A stretch of 64,000 nucleotides of DNA, taken from Hydrolagus colliei. Lineage: Eukaryota. This document shows positions 51,357 through 64,000 of this stretch, piece after piece. The notes under the pieces were generated by a model. The model did not search any database, had not been told where the DNA came from, and was given only the letters and a program-made list of their open reading frames with translations. Location: positions 10,540,001 through 10,604,000 of the forward strand of contig CM068755.1 of NCBI GenBank assembly GCA_035084275.1, given 5' to 3'. Within the stretch, counting starts at the first letter, position 1; the number at the start of each line of letters is the position of its first letter. The position numbers were made by a program, and so were the translations under genes.

Positions 51357-51728
51357 TGGAATCCTGTAGCTTAGTGGTTAGAGCGCTCACCACACAATTG
51401 AGAAGACCTGGGTTTGATTCCCAGCAGGGGCGAAACGTTGGACAAGTTTCCTTACTCCACACACCTTTGTTTATCTAGCAGTAAGTAGGAACCAAGTTGT
51501 TAGTTGATTGATGGATTGCTTTTCCAAGGGTAATAATTCCTTTTTCCTTTTCCTAATAATTCCTTTTCCTAATAATTCCATGATAGTTTGTGAGACTCTG
51601 CTGTGCACAATTGGCTGTCGCGTTTCACCCACAGCACATAAGTCAATTCACTTCACAGTATATTCTGTGAAGCAGTTTGAGACATCCAGAAGCCGTAGTA
51701 AGGTGCTATATCAAATGCAAGGATTATA
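51357..51728 (+). mobile_element. Same SINE family, long variant, full length
   Basis: Head, middle and tail present; TAATAATTCC triplicated at 51531-51579. Confidence 0.88.
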
Positions 51729-52499
51729 GTTACATTATCAAGCTATTTCTTCAAAAACGACAATGTCTGGTCTCTACCACTGTTTCTGTTTAGTACCAGG
51801 CTACCTTATTAATGTGTTATTAACAGACCGTAGACATCCTGGAGGTGGAAAACAATAACTAGTGTAATGTGCGACTGGCTGGTCATGTAGTAAACCAATT
51901 AGGCACAACCACTTTGACAGGCTGTAGTGTTTTGAGCAAAGACGTTCATCACTATAAAATGAATGTTTGAATGTTGAGAAACGTGCTGAAGCAATAAAAG
52001 TTAAAGCATTGCATTCAGTATCATTCCTAATTGGTTACAAATGGCTTAAACCATGCATGCTCTTGGAATAGCAGATGTTAAAAGTGAGTTAAGTAAACCC
52101 TTATTATTTAAATGATGTGTTCAGGATACAGATGAAAATCTGTCTTCTCAATAATGTTCAGAAGCTTCAATGTAACCATAACAGAATGTATTTGTATTAA
52201 GTCAATTCAATAATTAGACCAAAATTGCACCAACCGGCATGTGTGGGACTCATTTTGTTGCTTAATATGTAAGCCCTGAGGTAGGTATTTCAAAGTTCTG
52301 TTACAATTCCAGCAGGCATAATCCACATCAGTTATATTTTATCTCTCATGAATTACAGACTGGCAGCTCTGTCAGTGGATCTCATGCTAGTGCAAGGTAG
52401 GTTGTGCTAGCTTGGCATGAGTTTTAAAGGTCGTTTCTCATCGTTAATGAGGTTAGACCTCAGATGCATTGGTATCTTTGCCAACAATTACAACTGTGA

Positions 52500-52835
52500 C
52501 AAGCAGTAATTTGAGATGCTGAGAGATCAGCGATATCTCACCCAGGTGACCATTATATGTGCCTGAGCCTCGACAAGTGAGTGCTGTTACACATCTCGAC
52601 CATAGGGTATAAGCCTGATCTTGATTTCACTCAACATCCATACAATGTCCACCTCCTATCAAGGAACCCTGTGTTAGTGATAATGAGCGGAAACTCTGGC
52701 TGATTTCCCCTTGTCTCTAAACTAAAAGGCACTGAGGTCAGTTGAAGAACCCTGGCTAAATACAGGTAATTAAGCACAGATTGAGATTCAAATTTACAAC
52801 CTGTATGGTCAAGAGAGTACTTACTCGAGCCAAGT
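52500..52835 (-). mobile_element. Ancient SINE-like repeat of a third family
   Basis: Shares CTCTGGCTGA..CCCC..CTGAG core with 29500-29640; tRNA-like antisense end; family not firmly identified. Confidence 0.4.
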
Positions 52836-53074
52836 AGAAAATACTGTTAACTTCAAAATGATTGCATTCAGTGGTCCTGAGACACTTTTTTGTAGTGATC
52901 CCTATGTCTGCTCAACACATGTGTCAGCATATTTATTTGTTGTTGGATTGAGTGCTCTCATTCCCATGCGTGAGGTTCAGTATCTTATGCCACGTTGTTC
53001 TACTCTCATCTCCACCTCCACTAACAAGCCACAGATATCATCCTCACAGAATTTCATTGTGTTCCATTCAATAG

Positions 53075-53234
53075 GTGTTACTATTCCATGATCAAAGTTA
53101 TGGAATCCACTATGAATATACAATCTCTGTGAATAGTTCCTTGGAAAATAAGAGTGAGGCGGAAAAGCAACTGGAGCCCCTTTACTTGTGGACAAATACT
53201 GGCTGGGAGGCCTGCAGTGTACAATGCGGAGGAG
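53075..53234 (+). CDS. ADAMTS17: ADAMTS17 exon, spacer end and TSR2 start: [53 protein letters not shown](G)
   Basis: caatag acceptor, gtacag donor, 160 nt. Confidence 0.95.
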
Positions 53235-54681
53235 GTACAGTGTGTGTGTTGGGTTTCTGCCATTGAAATAGTTTGTAAGTGCTTTTGAGATGTCCTCCCA
53301 ATGTGAAAGGTGCTATGTAGATGTGATTGTATTGTAATTCAAAATAGATAGCTAAGCACTGTTATCTCAGACACAAGAGCCTTGCTGGTTTGGCTTGATG
53401 GAGGCAGTGGAGTCATTTGATTTGCAGAAGTTACGATCATGGCCAGTGTTTCCTGGCCCATAAATGGTTGGAAAACTTCAATCCGCAGAGCCTGTTCTTG
53501 GTGTGCTGTGTTTTTTTAATTCACAGCATTGATATCATATGGCACAATGAAACGATGATCGGGTTAACATCAGAATATGATCATCTCAGCAAATTTGTGC
53601 AAAAAAAATTATTGATTGAATTAAACCATTCTATGACTAGACCAATAACATTGAGGAATGCATTTATTCCCAGAGTGCTAGAGACAATAATGGTAAAATA
53701 GTAAAGGTGTGCGAGAAGAGAAGACAGTTACATATGTTAGTGAGCACAAACCCCGCTTCACCTAAGGACCAAACAGCAATAAAATTATGTTTTTTAAATG
53801 TCATAGGGTAAACTTCAGGGTCAGCGAAGTGGCATCCTGGATATTTTCAGTTGTGTAGTTTGATTTTAGAATTGAAAATTGCATTGTATTATTGCATATT
53901 TGGGACCTTTTTCTTCTAGCACAATGTAATTATCTCGAGTTAACTCTAAAACAGAATATTTTGGCATCAGATGCATGGTGACTCATGCAAGGGTTAGCCA
54001 GTGTGACCTCACCAATCTGGGAACATTTCCCATTCTGCAATGAATGCCTGGTGTCCATCCTCCCCTATTTAGCAATCAGTCCTCATGGCTGTGTGTCCAT
54101 TCCCCTACCAGAGCTTCCCTAAGTGAACTGATGTATAAATCACTGTAATGAAAGTGCCACATAAAGGGTACTACCAGTTGTACAAGTTCCTTGTTTTGTT
54201 TTCTGCGGCACATATCATATGCACCGAAATGCCGTCATGTAAACGTCAATGCAGATTTTTTTTTAGATATTTCCTCCTCTAATTTTGATACGTTTTACAT
54301 TTAATTGGAGTTCACCAGATTGGCTAAGAGAGAGTTTATGACTCAGCCAGCTTCAGTTCTACAACTGCTTGGTATAACAGTGTCACAGCGCATTGTTTGC
54401 TGTGCTGCATAAATGCCGGATCTTGTCCAGGGATAGAAATATCTTTTTCGAGCTATTGAAGATGATTCCCCCTGCCTGAGGCTGTGTCAGGAAAATTGAA
54501 AAAGTGAAATCAATCCATTCGCAACTTGAACACTATGCTTTGGAGGCCGTGAAGTCTGATGCTGCGGTTTGTGCTTTAGTCTCCTCTCAGGAGATGGGTT
54601 CCCTTCATTAGGAATGTAGTTCAGGTCTGAAATGCTCCAGGGATGATTTCCGGCTCTTAATACACTGTTCCTTGTTTTTAG

Positions 54682-54817
54682 GACAACGCAGAACTGTTGT
54701 CTCCTGCACTAAAATTGTAAACAAGACATTGGCAGTGGTGAACGACAGTGACTGCCAGCACATGACCCGTCCGGAGCCACAGGTCAGGAAGTGCAATATG
54801 CATCCATGCCAGTCACG
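54682..54817 (+). CDS. ADAMTS17: ADAMTS17 exon, TSR2: (G)[44 protein letters not shown](R)
   Basis: tttttag acceptor, gtaaga donor, 136 nt. Confidence 0.96.
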
Positions 54818-55466
54818 GTAAGAATCGCTTTGATCGGAAAGAGAGATCAGTTTGCTGATCTGTAACCACTGTGTAAAGCAATTCCACCAGTTACTAAACA
54901 GCTTTGTAATAGAGCAGGAACTGCCAGCAAGTGATGATAGATCATATTAAGCATTAAAAATTAAAAAATTCGAAATCCCAGTTGATTCAGACAAATGTGG
55001 GAATGATTCACTGAAAGGAATATCACAATATCACAATATTCTTTTATTTTACACTTTTTCTATAGTTGTTTTGTTCCTCCAGCTGATTTGTCCCTCTTTC
55101 ATCTCTTGTTGTGCCTTGATTGTTTGATTTGAACTGAAATTGTGTCAAGTATTTCCCTAGATCACGAGGAAACATCAGAGAGGAAGGCCCTTTGTTTGGT
55201 CCGTTTGATCTTACATTTCCAGAAAATTGATTATACATAAGGCACTGTATTGTTTCTTAAATTAGTTCAGTGCCCTGGTCTCTACCTCCATTCCTAGTGA
55301 ACCATTCCAGCTGTTGATTTACACTAAAATGCAAGAAATATGTCCTCCTGTCTATCCTAAAGTTGGCCTTCGCAACCCTGCACCTGTGACATGAAGTCTT
55401 GCTGCCTTGGCGTCCTTGAAAGTATTGTTCTGGGTTTATGTCCATTTAGTATTATATATATATATG

Positions 55467-55863
55467 GCCACTGGCTCCCCATCACTGATGGATCGATTTC
55501 AAGATCCTCACATTCATGTTCAAATCTATTCACTCCCTGGCACCTCCCTACCTCCAGGACATCCACAATCCCCAATTCAGTGCCTACACCTGACTGACAC
55601 TGGCCTCCTGCTCATCCCTTGCACCCTTCACCCCACCATCCGTGGTCGAACTTTCAGCCACTATGCTCCAAAACTCTGGAACACTCTCCCACAATCCCTC
55701 TGCCTTGCCCCCTCTCACCCTTCCTTTAAGTCTCACTTGAAAAGCTTATTTTCTCAACTGTGTTTACAGCTCCCTTGCCCCAGCTCAGAGGGAGGCCGTT
55801 AAGCTCTCTGAGACTACCCTGTGTGGAGGGCACTATATAAGTGCAAGTTGTTGCTGTTGTTGT
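55467..55863 (+). mobile_element. L2-clade LINE 3' fragment
   Basis: HWLP..IDFKIL and GRTFSHYAPKLWNTLP remnants; TGCAAGTTGTTG tail. Confidence 0.85.
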
Positions 55864-56299
55864 ATTTTTCTTGCTTTTTGGAGAAAAAATAATAGCATGT
55901 TTCCGCCACCCAAGCATCAAAAGTGTTTTTCACCTGCAAATGATTAATGTTTTATTTTCCTCATTGGGATTCTTGTCGCTTTTATGAGTTGGTTGGCTGG
56001 CTGCAAGATTAAGAATTTCAGATCGACATATGGCTCATGTAAATGAAAATAAGATTTATTTTCTGTTTGATGTCCACTGATTAATGATGTACGCTTTCTG
56101 GGTGATTAACACAGGCTGATTTCTCAAGATGCTTGGGAGAAAGAAGTAACAAGATGTGAAACCAATTCATTAAAAAGTTCAGGGACTCTGACACCATATT
56201 GTCGACTTCTCAGGACAATTTCCATCACATAAATAGTTTTTGTTCAATTACCTCATGAATAAAGCAGCCAACCTTTGGGAAGAGGGTGTTATTCCGCAT

Positions 56300-56770
56300 T
56301 CACTGAAATCACATTCAGTTCATTGCCAATATCGTCACCTTCCACCATTTAACGTTGCCTACTGCCTCACATCCACTGTTGCTGGCACCCATACCTTTCC
56401 AATCTCCTCCTCGCTGGCCTCCCCACCTCCACTCTTAAGAAACTTCATATTATCGAAAACTCTACAGTCCAACTTTGTCCCACATATCAATCAACCTGAT
56501 CCTGGCTAATTTCCATTGGCTCCCAGTACCTCAAAGGGATATGTTTAAGTTACTTGACCTGGGCTTCAAATCCTTCCACAGTCTCATGCAGACTTCTCCA
56601 GCACTATATTTACTTTTCAAACTCTGGTCTAATGCTTGTTACCTTCTATTCATTAAGTCTTAAGTCAGCATGCCCTGACCTTTGGAACTCTTTTTCAGCA
56701 CCAAATTATTTGTGACCTCCCTCTTTTAAAAACTTCCAAATAATATCAACTGTGCCTTTGGACAACATCT
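56300..56770 (+). mobile_element. Older L2 fragment
   Basis: LANFHWLPVPQRDMFKLL remnant, heavily degraded. Confidence 0.6.
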
Positions 56771-57770
56771 TTCAATCTTTAATTTCCCTGCCGCTATGGC
56801 TCGATTTGTAGAGACATTCATTTATGGGTTTGCAAAGAATGCAACAAATGCAACTCAATGTGGAAAGCCACTGTTTAACAGATGTTAGATTAGCATTAGA
56901 AGGGAAAATTGGCAAAAGATGAGGTTTTGTTTGCTGCAGGCTTCTTCTGCCTTGGTTGGCCCTGAGATTTGTAACAAGCCTCTAGATCATAAATTCAAGC
57001 AGTCTTTACGCTCATTTGTACTTCAGGAATTGAAGTGCTGAGTTTGTATTTCTTATCGAGTCGTAGACCTTTTATAGCAAGGAAATGATCTAACTTGTTG
57101 TTAGATAAGATTCATGAAACAATAAAATGTTACACAAAGCTTTTTTTTTCCACTTTGAACTGAATCATTGGCTCGTATACTGCCAGGAATTGATTTGAAA
57201 TTGTGGTGGTTTTTGCTCTGCAACTTAATGAGAACCTGGTTGTGTATAATGGCGGGTTTGGCAGCATTTCTCTATTGTGTCTGTGAACTGTATTGTGTAC
57301 AGCTGTCAAACATTTGGCTTTCAATAGCTCTTCTAACTGTTTAATTTCCCCCTCTTATAATTTAACATGGGTAGACTGCTCTAACTTTGCAAAAGGTTCC
57401 GAGCTGCACGACATGAATGAAATGGTGCTTGACACTGTTGGCCAGAATTTTCTTCTCTTGCCTTTCCAGCTAAGTCAGGCTCACTATGCATTTGGATGAA
57501 TGACCTAACCTCTTTGTTCGCCACAACAAAACAAGCAAGAAGGTCATCAATTCTTATTAATGGCAAAACTTAATAGAAATGCCAAGGCTACTTCCTTCAT
57601 CTTCGATCTGAATGTGAAGCAGAAAGGCCCATAGTGTTGTCAGCTGCATGAAGCGCTTTGAAAAGAGACGTCCTCCCAGATGCGAAAGGCGCCATGTAAA
57701 TGTAATTGTATTCTGAATTTATCATTCTCAGGAGCGTTGTGATACTTATGGAATGGATTTGTTTTGGCAG

Positions 57771-57975
57771 GTGGGTCGCAGGAAGTTGGACTCCATGTTC
57801 CAGCACCTGCGGGAAGGGCTCTCAGATCCGCAATGTGACCTGTGTCTATCAGTTGCAAAATGGCACCCATGTCAACACAAGAAATCTCTACTGCCTTGGT
57901 CGCAAGCCATCTACAATACAAGGCTGTGAAGGTCGCGACTGTTTGACTGTGTGGGAAGCCTCAAACTGGTCTAAG
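57771..57975 (+). CDS. ADAMTS17: ADAMTS17 exon, TSR3: [68 protein letters not shown]
   Basis: ttggcag acceptor, gtatgt donor, 205 nt. Confidence 0.96.
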
Positions 57976-59021
57976 GTATGTTTCTTCAACTGTCAAACCT
58001 TCTGTCTAAATTTAAAGGCTGGGTAATTACATCGAATACTTAAGGAATTTCTCAAATCAAACTCTATATAGATGGATCCAGTGGCGTATTTTAGCATGTC
58101 CTTGAATGCAATTGAGTCTCGCCTAAATGAATCAGTCAGCTTGTTCCTTTCTGGAGGTGCAGAGCATATTGTGACTGACATTCAAGATGATCAGTAGGAT
58201 TGTGAATCTGAGCTACAAGCAGAGACTGCAGTAAGTGGGCATGTTTGCACTGGAGAAAATATTCATGATTTTTTTCCTCCCAGATGACAAAATAATATTT
58301 TTTTAATTAAAAAAAAGCTAATATATTTGAAATCCATTAGGGTGGCTCACAGTTTCAAAGTCAAAATAGAAAAGGGACTTCATCCCACATAATGTACTGA
58401 TGGACTTGAGTTCCCATTGGCATAACAGCAACAACTTTTATAGTGGAGGGTAGCATCTCAGAGCGCATATTATGCGAGACGTACATCGGGTTACCAGAAG
58501 AAGCCCGATTGAGTTCTTTACTATGAAAGCCAATTGGAAATCAATGCAGATCCCATTAAATAGCAAACAGACTCTTTTTAGGAGCTTTAATGTTCTGAGC
58601 ATTTAAACTGAGTTATCAGTGTTAAAAATTTGCTTCAGATGGAATTAAGTTGGAAAGCAATTTCTTCAACAAAACCTCGGTGTTGTTTTCAGAAAACTAT
58701 ACTGCGAACGGGAATAACTTCTGATAATCCCATTTTAGTTCACTCTGTAACATTATCTGTGTAATACTTCTCTATTGAAAGCAGCAGAAAAGAAATGTGT
58801 TCGGGCTGTAAAACACTGTACAAAATGTGGAAGGCAACAGGGTTAAACTGGACAGTAATGGATGAGGTAATAAAATTTACCACATTTGGGACTTAGTACT
58901 GTGCTTTCCTACAATCTGCTGCCAGTATTGGAATCCAAGGAAATAAAATGTTTACAGAGAAGCATATTACTGGCATCACCATGCTGCATTCCAAGAAGGG
59001 AGAAAACTCTCCAGAGTTAAC

Positions 59022-59023
<2 letters not shown>

Positions 59024-59062
<39 letters not shown>

Positions 59063-59071
59063 CACACACAC
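59024..59071. repeat. (TA)n followed by (CA)n microsatellite
   Basis: Directly visible. Confidence 0.95.
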
Positions 59072-60146
59072 AAAGTAAAATATCCACGCACGCCACAGGG
59101 AAAGAGAACCTCCACACACTCCCCACCCATGGAGCAGGAGAAAGACAAACCCTGTTTAACTTGTCAGATCCTCTAATTATTTTAAACGCCTCAATCAGAT
59201 CATCCCCTTAACTTCTTTGGCTCGGGGGAATATAGCCAAATTGACGCAGCCTCTGTTTCTCGACAAATTGCTGTGTTTTTATGGTGTAACACTGGTACTT
59301 CAGTCAGCTCCATACTCCTCCAGGGTCAGACGAGGTCAGGCAGCCAAGACTGACAGGATGCGTGTGTTGCGTTTGTCATTGTTCCACGCATTGTCAGACA
59401 GCACAGCTGATGCTACAGCTGCAGCTCCTGAATCAGGGTTCAGGCCAGTATGGGTCTGAGTTGGAACAGATTTTATACTTTAATACAAAGGTGTACTCTA
59501 CTTCTACGGCAACATAACCACAAAGAATAACTCTTTAAACATTAATCGATACGTACAGACTGGTCATTCTTCCTACAAGTAGCAACCTATAATTTGTCGA
59601 GACATGGCACATCCAGTCTAAAATACACTTCTCAGGGAATACACTATCCTTTTAAATAAATCGTATTAGTTTCACCATTTAAAGTATTTGAGCTATTATT
59701 AGACTAATGTGGTGCTTTAATACACACCCCACCCTACCCACCCTAGTAGTTTATAATGCCATGACACTGTTAACATCTCTTCGATTTAAGTTAAGCTCAT
59801 TTGTCCTGTTAAAAAAAAATCAACACTTTATACTAATTAGTCATGGTCTTCTTTATATGTTTCTGAATTCAACCAGTAACAACGAAGGAACCAAACTTTT
59901 CAAAAGCTCCATTAAATCAAAAGTGATTGATTCGGTGTGAGTTGAAGGCACTCTGTGAAAAATGCATGTTGTATTTTTCTATTGCCATTAAATGTTTAAC
60001 CATTTCAACAATTTGTAAGTGAAAATCAATCACTTAAGATTAAAATGTCAACACACTACTACTGAGCAAATGCAGTAAACAGAATATCTATCAAGGGCAG
60101 TGAGTACATTTAGAGGTTTGTCCAAGTGAGAAAGTCAGTTAAATTG

Positions 60147-60925
60147 CAACAAAAACAACAAAATTACACTTGTATAGCGCCTTTCACGTGGGGAGATGTC
60201 CCAAGGCGCTGGACAGTCATTGTTTCAGACCCGAGCTGGGGACAGGGAGGGTGGAGGGAAAGTGGGGGATTTGGGTTGACCGATGGGATCGTCGAAGAAG
60301 TGGGTCTTGAGGCTGAACCTGAAAGAGGCCAGGGAGGGGGCAAGGTGGCGAGACTGCTGGATGGAGTTCCAGAGGTTGGGGGCAGAATGGCTAAAGGCTT
60401 GTCTGCCAATGATGGGGCGGGTGGGTCAGGGGACATGGAGCAGGCCATGTCCCCCGGGGGGCAGACAGGGTGGTAGGGGGTCACAGATGTAGGGTGAGGC
60501 CTTGGAGGGCTTTGAATGTTAAAGACCAGGATCTTGAATTTGATCCTCTGGATGATGGGGAGCTAATGGAGTCAAGTGGGGATGGAGGAGATGGGGTCAT
60601 GAAGCTTGGAGCAGTAGAAGACACAGGCTGCAGAGTTCTGGATTATTTGCAACCTGTGGAGGCAGGAGTTGGGAAGGCCAACAAGCGGCATTAAGCCTGG
60701 ATGTAACGAAGGCATGAATGAGGGTTTCAGCAGCATTGGGGGTAATGGTAATGGCAGAGTCAGGCAATATTGCAGAGGTGAGAGAATGCAGAGTGAGTCA
60801 TACCTTGGATGTGGGGGAGGAAAGACAGTTGAGGATCAAACAAGACACCTGGGTTCCTGACTGACTTGGTGAGGTCGAGTGAACAACCACGGAGGTTGAT
60901 GCAGCCAGTGCCTGATGTGTGAAGG
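60147..60925 (-). mobile_element. Longest L2-clade LINE 3' fragment in the window
   Basis: Tail (CAA..AATTACACTTGTATAGCGCC); antisense IHAFVTSRL and IKFKIL motifs; frameshifted. Confidence 0.88.
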
Positions 60926-61300
60926 CACTGGCACAATCTGATCAGTAGGGCCGCATCCTGAAATGTACCAAACTAAAGCAATATTACAAAGGGACACCCA
61001 CGTTACAGCAAGATGCGTCTGTTAATTTGGATGGATGAGGAAAGTGGAGAGAAATGCTTCCAAAGCAAATACAACAGAGAGGGCATTCGTTTGCATCAAC
61101 AAACCTGATTGAAATGGCAGCAGGAGTCATTTAGAGGAAGCAAGTGCTGTATGTGATAAAATGTCAAGATCTGGTTAAAAAAAGTGAGATATGTTTCTGT
61201 GATGTGACAGTTATCAGCAATATTTATCAGCTTACACACTGCAAAGTGTCTCCTTTTGCAATGAGAATTGATCCCTAAAGTAATTGACCAATTTTTGTAG

Positions 61301-61453
61301 TGTTCAACAGACTGTGGTAGAGGCACCCGTCAACGAACAGTGCGTTGCACCAATCCGCAAGGAAAATGCAATCTAGCAATGAGACCCAGGGAGGAAGAGG
61401 AGTGTGAAGATTACACAAACTGTTATGAATGGAGAACAGGCGAATGGTCCAAG
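61301..61453 (+). CDS. ADAMTS17: ADAMTS17 exon, TSR4: [51 protein letters not shown]
   Basis: tttttgtag acceptor, gtatgt donor, 153 nt; missed by the ORF track. Confidence 0.95.
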
Positions 61454-64000
61454 GTATGTATATAACTCTGTTACTAGCTTTGGATAAAAACACTGTCAAT
61501 CCACTTTGCAATACATTCTGTGAAGTGTTTTGAGACCTCTCCACAATGATAAGGCGTTATATCAAGTGCAAGGATTATTATTATAACTTATCACTGGACT
61601 TTTGGTTTGTCATTCCTTGGGTTTGTTTACAGCCATTCTCTTTGTTAATTGTTGTCATTGATGTAACCTGAAATTCGTTTTCAAACGCTTATTGCAAACG
61701 CTCAAATCATGTCATAATTGACGCAGCTGCTTCTGGTGATTTTTTTCTCTCTCTCTCTCTCTTCCCTTTGAAAGACTGAGCAAAGAATAAAACACAGTTT
61801 CTCAGTTAAATAAACTCACCACCTCAGAACGCTGAATGAAACTCAGTCTCTGTTGCCAAGTGATGTAAACGGGAATGGTCCTGATGTTTTGGATTCTTCA
61901 GACCATGTGTTGCTGACGTAACTGCCACCTGTCTAGGCGGACAGGAGCACGCGCCAGATACTACAGCAGCCACAACCATTTCCTTTCAAATCGGTGGCCT
62001 CAAAGTTGACTAACTCCAAGTGGCTACTTTCCCATGATGTAGCCTCGCTTTTACTGCCAAGTCTTAAAGCTGCTTACTCCTTGCTCTAAAGTTTCAATTT
62101 ACTGAACTCCACAAATGCCTCACGCTGAATCTTAAATGCTTTACTCACAGAGACTCGTACTACTTCAGTTTGAACACAGTAAAAGAAGAATGGGGAGGAG
62201 AAAGAGAACCTGCAGTTTTTATAGCACCCTACCACTTTGAAAAGTCTCAAAGAACTTTACAGTGATTATCAACTGCATTGACTGTTTTTGGTAGGAAAAA
62301 GCAGCACTTTGCAAGGTCGTACAAACATCAATCTGATGAATGACTTATTTATCTGGAAGATTGTGCCAAGTAACTGCATAAACCAAAATGCTTTTGCTAA
62401 TATCATTTGGACATTTGTAATCCAGTATAAGTTTCTCCATGGCCAGAATGGATTACGAATGAATCAATACCTGAGCAAATGTTTCCATTTGCCCTTTAAT
62501 GTGCTGCTTGCTAAGTAACTAATGTCATGTTAAAACTCTCTGTATTACCTGGCTCTCCCCCTGCTTTGGCTTCTGCTGTAGATACAGCATGGAACAGGAA
62601 ATGATCTTAAATCCAGCCTCAATACACTTCTCTTTGGAAATGAAAATGTTTACCTGAGCTTAAAACGATCATACAAAACCAATATGTAAAATACCAGAGG
62701 CTCAACCGGGTTTGTATAGAAAATAATTGAGCTTTCGATGCTGGTACAGAACTTCTAATCATCAGCAGTGCGTCTGGTATTTACGGTTCAACAGCACTTC
62801 CCTTAGTTGAGAAAATTAGGACTTGTATGGTATAAAACTACAATTGTACTGGACCAGGACACGATCAGGAAAGCCTAGAAGGTATGAAGCAAGCATCTTT
62901 TTGTGACACTGCTTTTAGTGCTAAATGCTCCGTATTACTGTTTTATCCTACTTCAACTGTGACATGTCGAACACACTTGGGATTGTGAAGTGACAGGCCA
63001 AGCAAAGTGGTTTCACTCTCGCCAGTATATACTTAGAATTAATGTACCAGAGAGATGAGCTTCAGTGACTGAATTACCTTATCTTATCCTTTGTGCTTTC
63101 CCAGCCAATCTGTGTTAAAGTGAGCCTGTTCAATAGTGCGATTGGTGTCATGAAGCCTTTTTTAATTTGCTTTGAATTACAGTGTTCAGCGAAGCTTGTT
63201 TTTTTTTATTGAACATCTGCCGGTTTATTTTAGTCTCTTTCCCCAACCTAGATCCCTGCACCATTTCCTGTCTGAGAAAGTGGCCAAATAATCCCCCTTA
63301 GGCTTCCAACTATACTAGAGTTAAGATGGTCTCCAAGACATGCATTAGAGTAATCTGAGACTTTGCCTTCCTGTGTAGGGGACTACTTCATCTCCTCTCA
63401 ACACCTTTCCCGAGAACACAGCAGAGAGTTAGACTAACTGTTTGGGAATGGAGGGTGCAAAACCGCATCCAGCCACCCCTTTGTAGAGTAAGACTGCTTG
63501 CCCGTCCACTTGTATTGATCCAAAACTTAAAGATAAATTGAATTAGAGGACTAGTTAGCTGTCTTTAGATTAATATCCGATGTACACTCTGACAGTTTTT
63601 TTTAAACAGAATCTTACTTATTGCACAGAGCAATGGTTATTTTAGTTGGAGAAAACCAATTACATTCTTCAGCAATAGCACACCTGCCTGTCCAGATGCT
63701 TTATTTTTTTTAAACTTAGTTAACCGAGACAGCAAACCTCTGTGTGGGTAAGAAACCCTTTGGTTCCGAAACATCAAGCCAATATAATGCAGACCAACTG
63801 TCCTGAAGCATAAGAGGTCTCGGTTGGTAGCATTTCAATGGTATCTTGCATTGTAACCCCGAGCTGCAAATGATCAAATAATTTTTCTAGACAAGTACAT
63901 AGTTCTCTTCTCTACTTCTGCATCTCAGCAATCTCAATCCAGCAGGCAAACCTTTAACCTGTTACAAGATGTTAGCTAGTGCTCACTCCGCTGGGATGAT

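Larger units (their letters stand above)
2181..61453 (+). other. ADAMTS17: ADAMTS17 gene, partial model: 14 coding exons joined in one frame; gene continues beyond both window edges
   Basis: Exon lengths 106,141,151,102,146,167,128,121,81,158,160,136,205,153 have mutually compatible phases and all introns are GT..AG. Peptides such as [14 protein letters not shown] and [12 protein letters not shown] match my recollection of ADAMTS17 rather than its paralog ADAMTS19. Confidence 0.95.

Noticed and set aside
2181-61453. Assignment to ADAMTS19
   Set aside because: [24 protein letters not shown] and [12 protein letters not shown] fit ADAMTS17 better than my recollection of ADAMTS19
1327-62518. Short six-frame ORFs as independent genes
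   Set aside because: Apart from those overlapping ADAMTS17 exons or LINE relics, they show no recognisable domains; many are SINE translations or start at non-ATG codons
63175-63215. ttacag|TGTTCAGCG as the start of the next TSR5 exon
   Set aside because: Reads CSAKLVFF into a poly-T run, not CSxTCG
63730-63785. Penelope-associated hammerhead ribozyme (also the palindromic remnant at 11435-11540)
   Set aside because: No intact CUGAnGA..GAAA core with paired stems could be built

Overview
Eukaryotic, AT-rich, intron-dominated vertebrate DNA. The window lies entirely inside one plus-strand gene, ADAMTS17 (a secreted metalloprotease with thrombospondin type-1 repeats, TSRs). I read 14 GT-AG-bounded coding exons between 2181 and 61453 that splice into one uninterrupted frame of 1955 nt (about 652 codons). 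They cover the HELGHNMGMSHD zinc site and Met-turn, the disintegrin-like domain, TSR1, the Cys-rich domain, the spacer, TSR2-4 and the start of TSR5. The 5' exons and the last exons (rest of TSR5, PLAC) lie outside the window. The introns hold tRNA-headed SINEs, older Deu-domain SINEs, and L2- and CR1-type LINE fragments. This repeat set suggests a cartilaginous fish, probably a chimaera such as Callorhinchus milii (inference). Almost all ORFs in the supplied track are spurious. I see no convincing new protein-coding system. The best leads are small-scale: a skippable 81-nt spacer exon, an in-frame cryptic acceptor, a (TG)n-preceded weak AAG acceptor, hairpins made of opposed retroposon tails, a SINE flanked by a 50-bp direct repeat, a locally duplicated insert inside a SINE, and candidate intronic enhancers.
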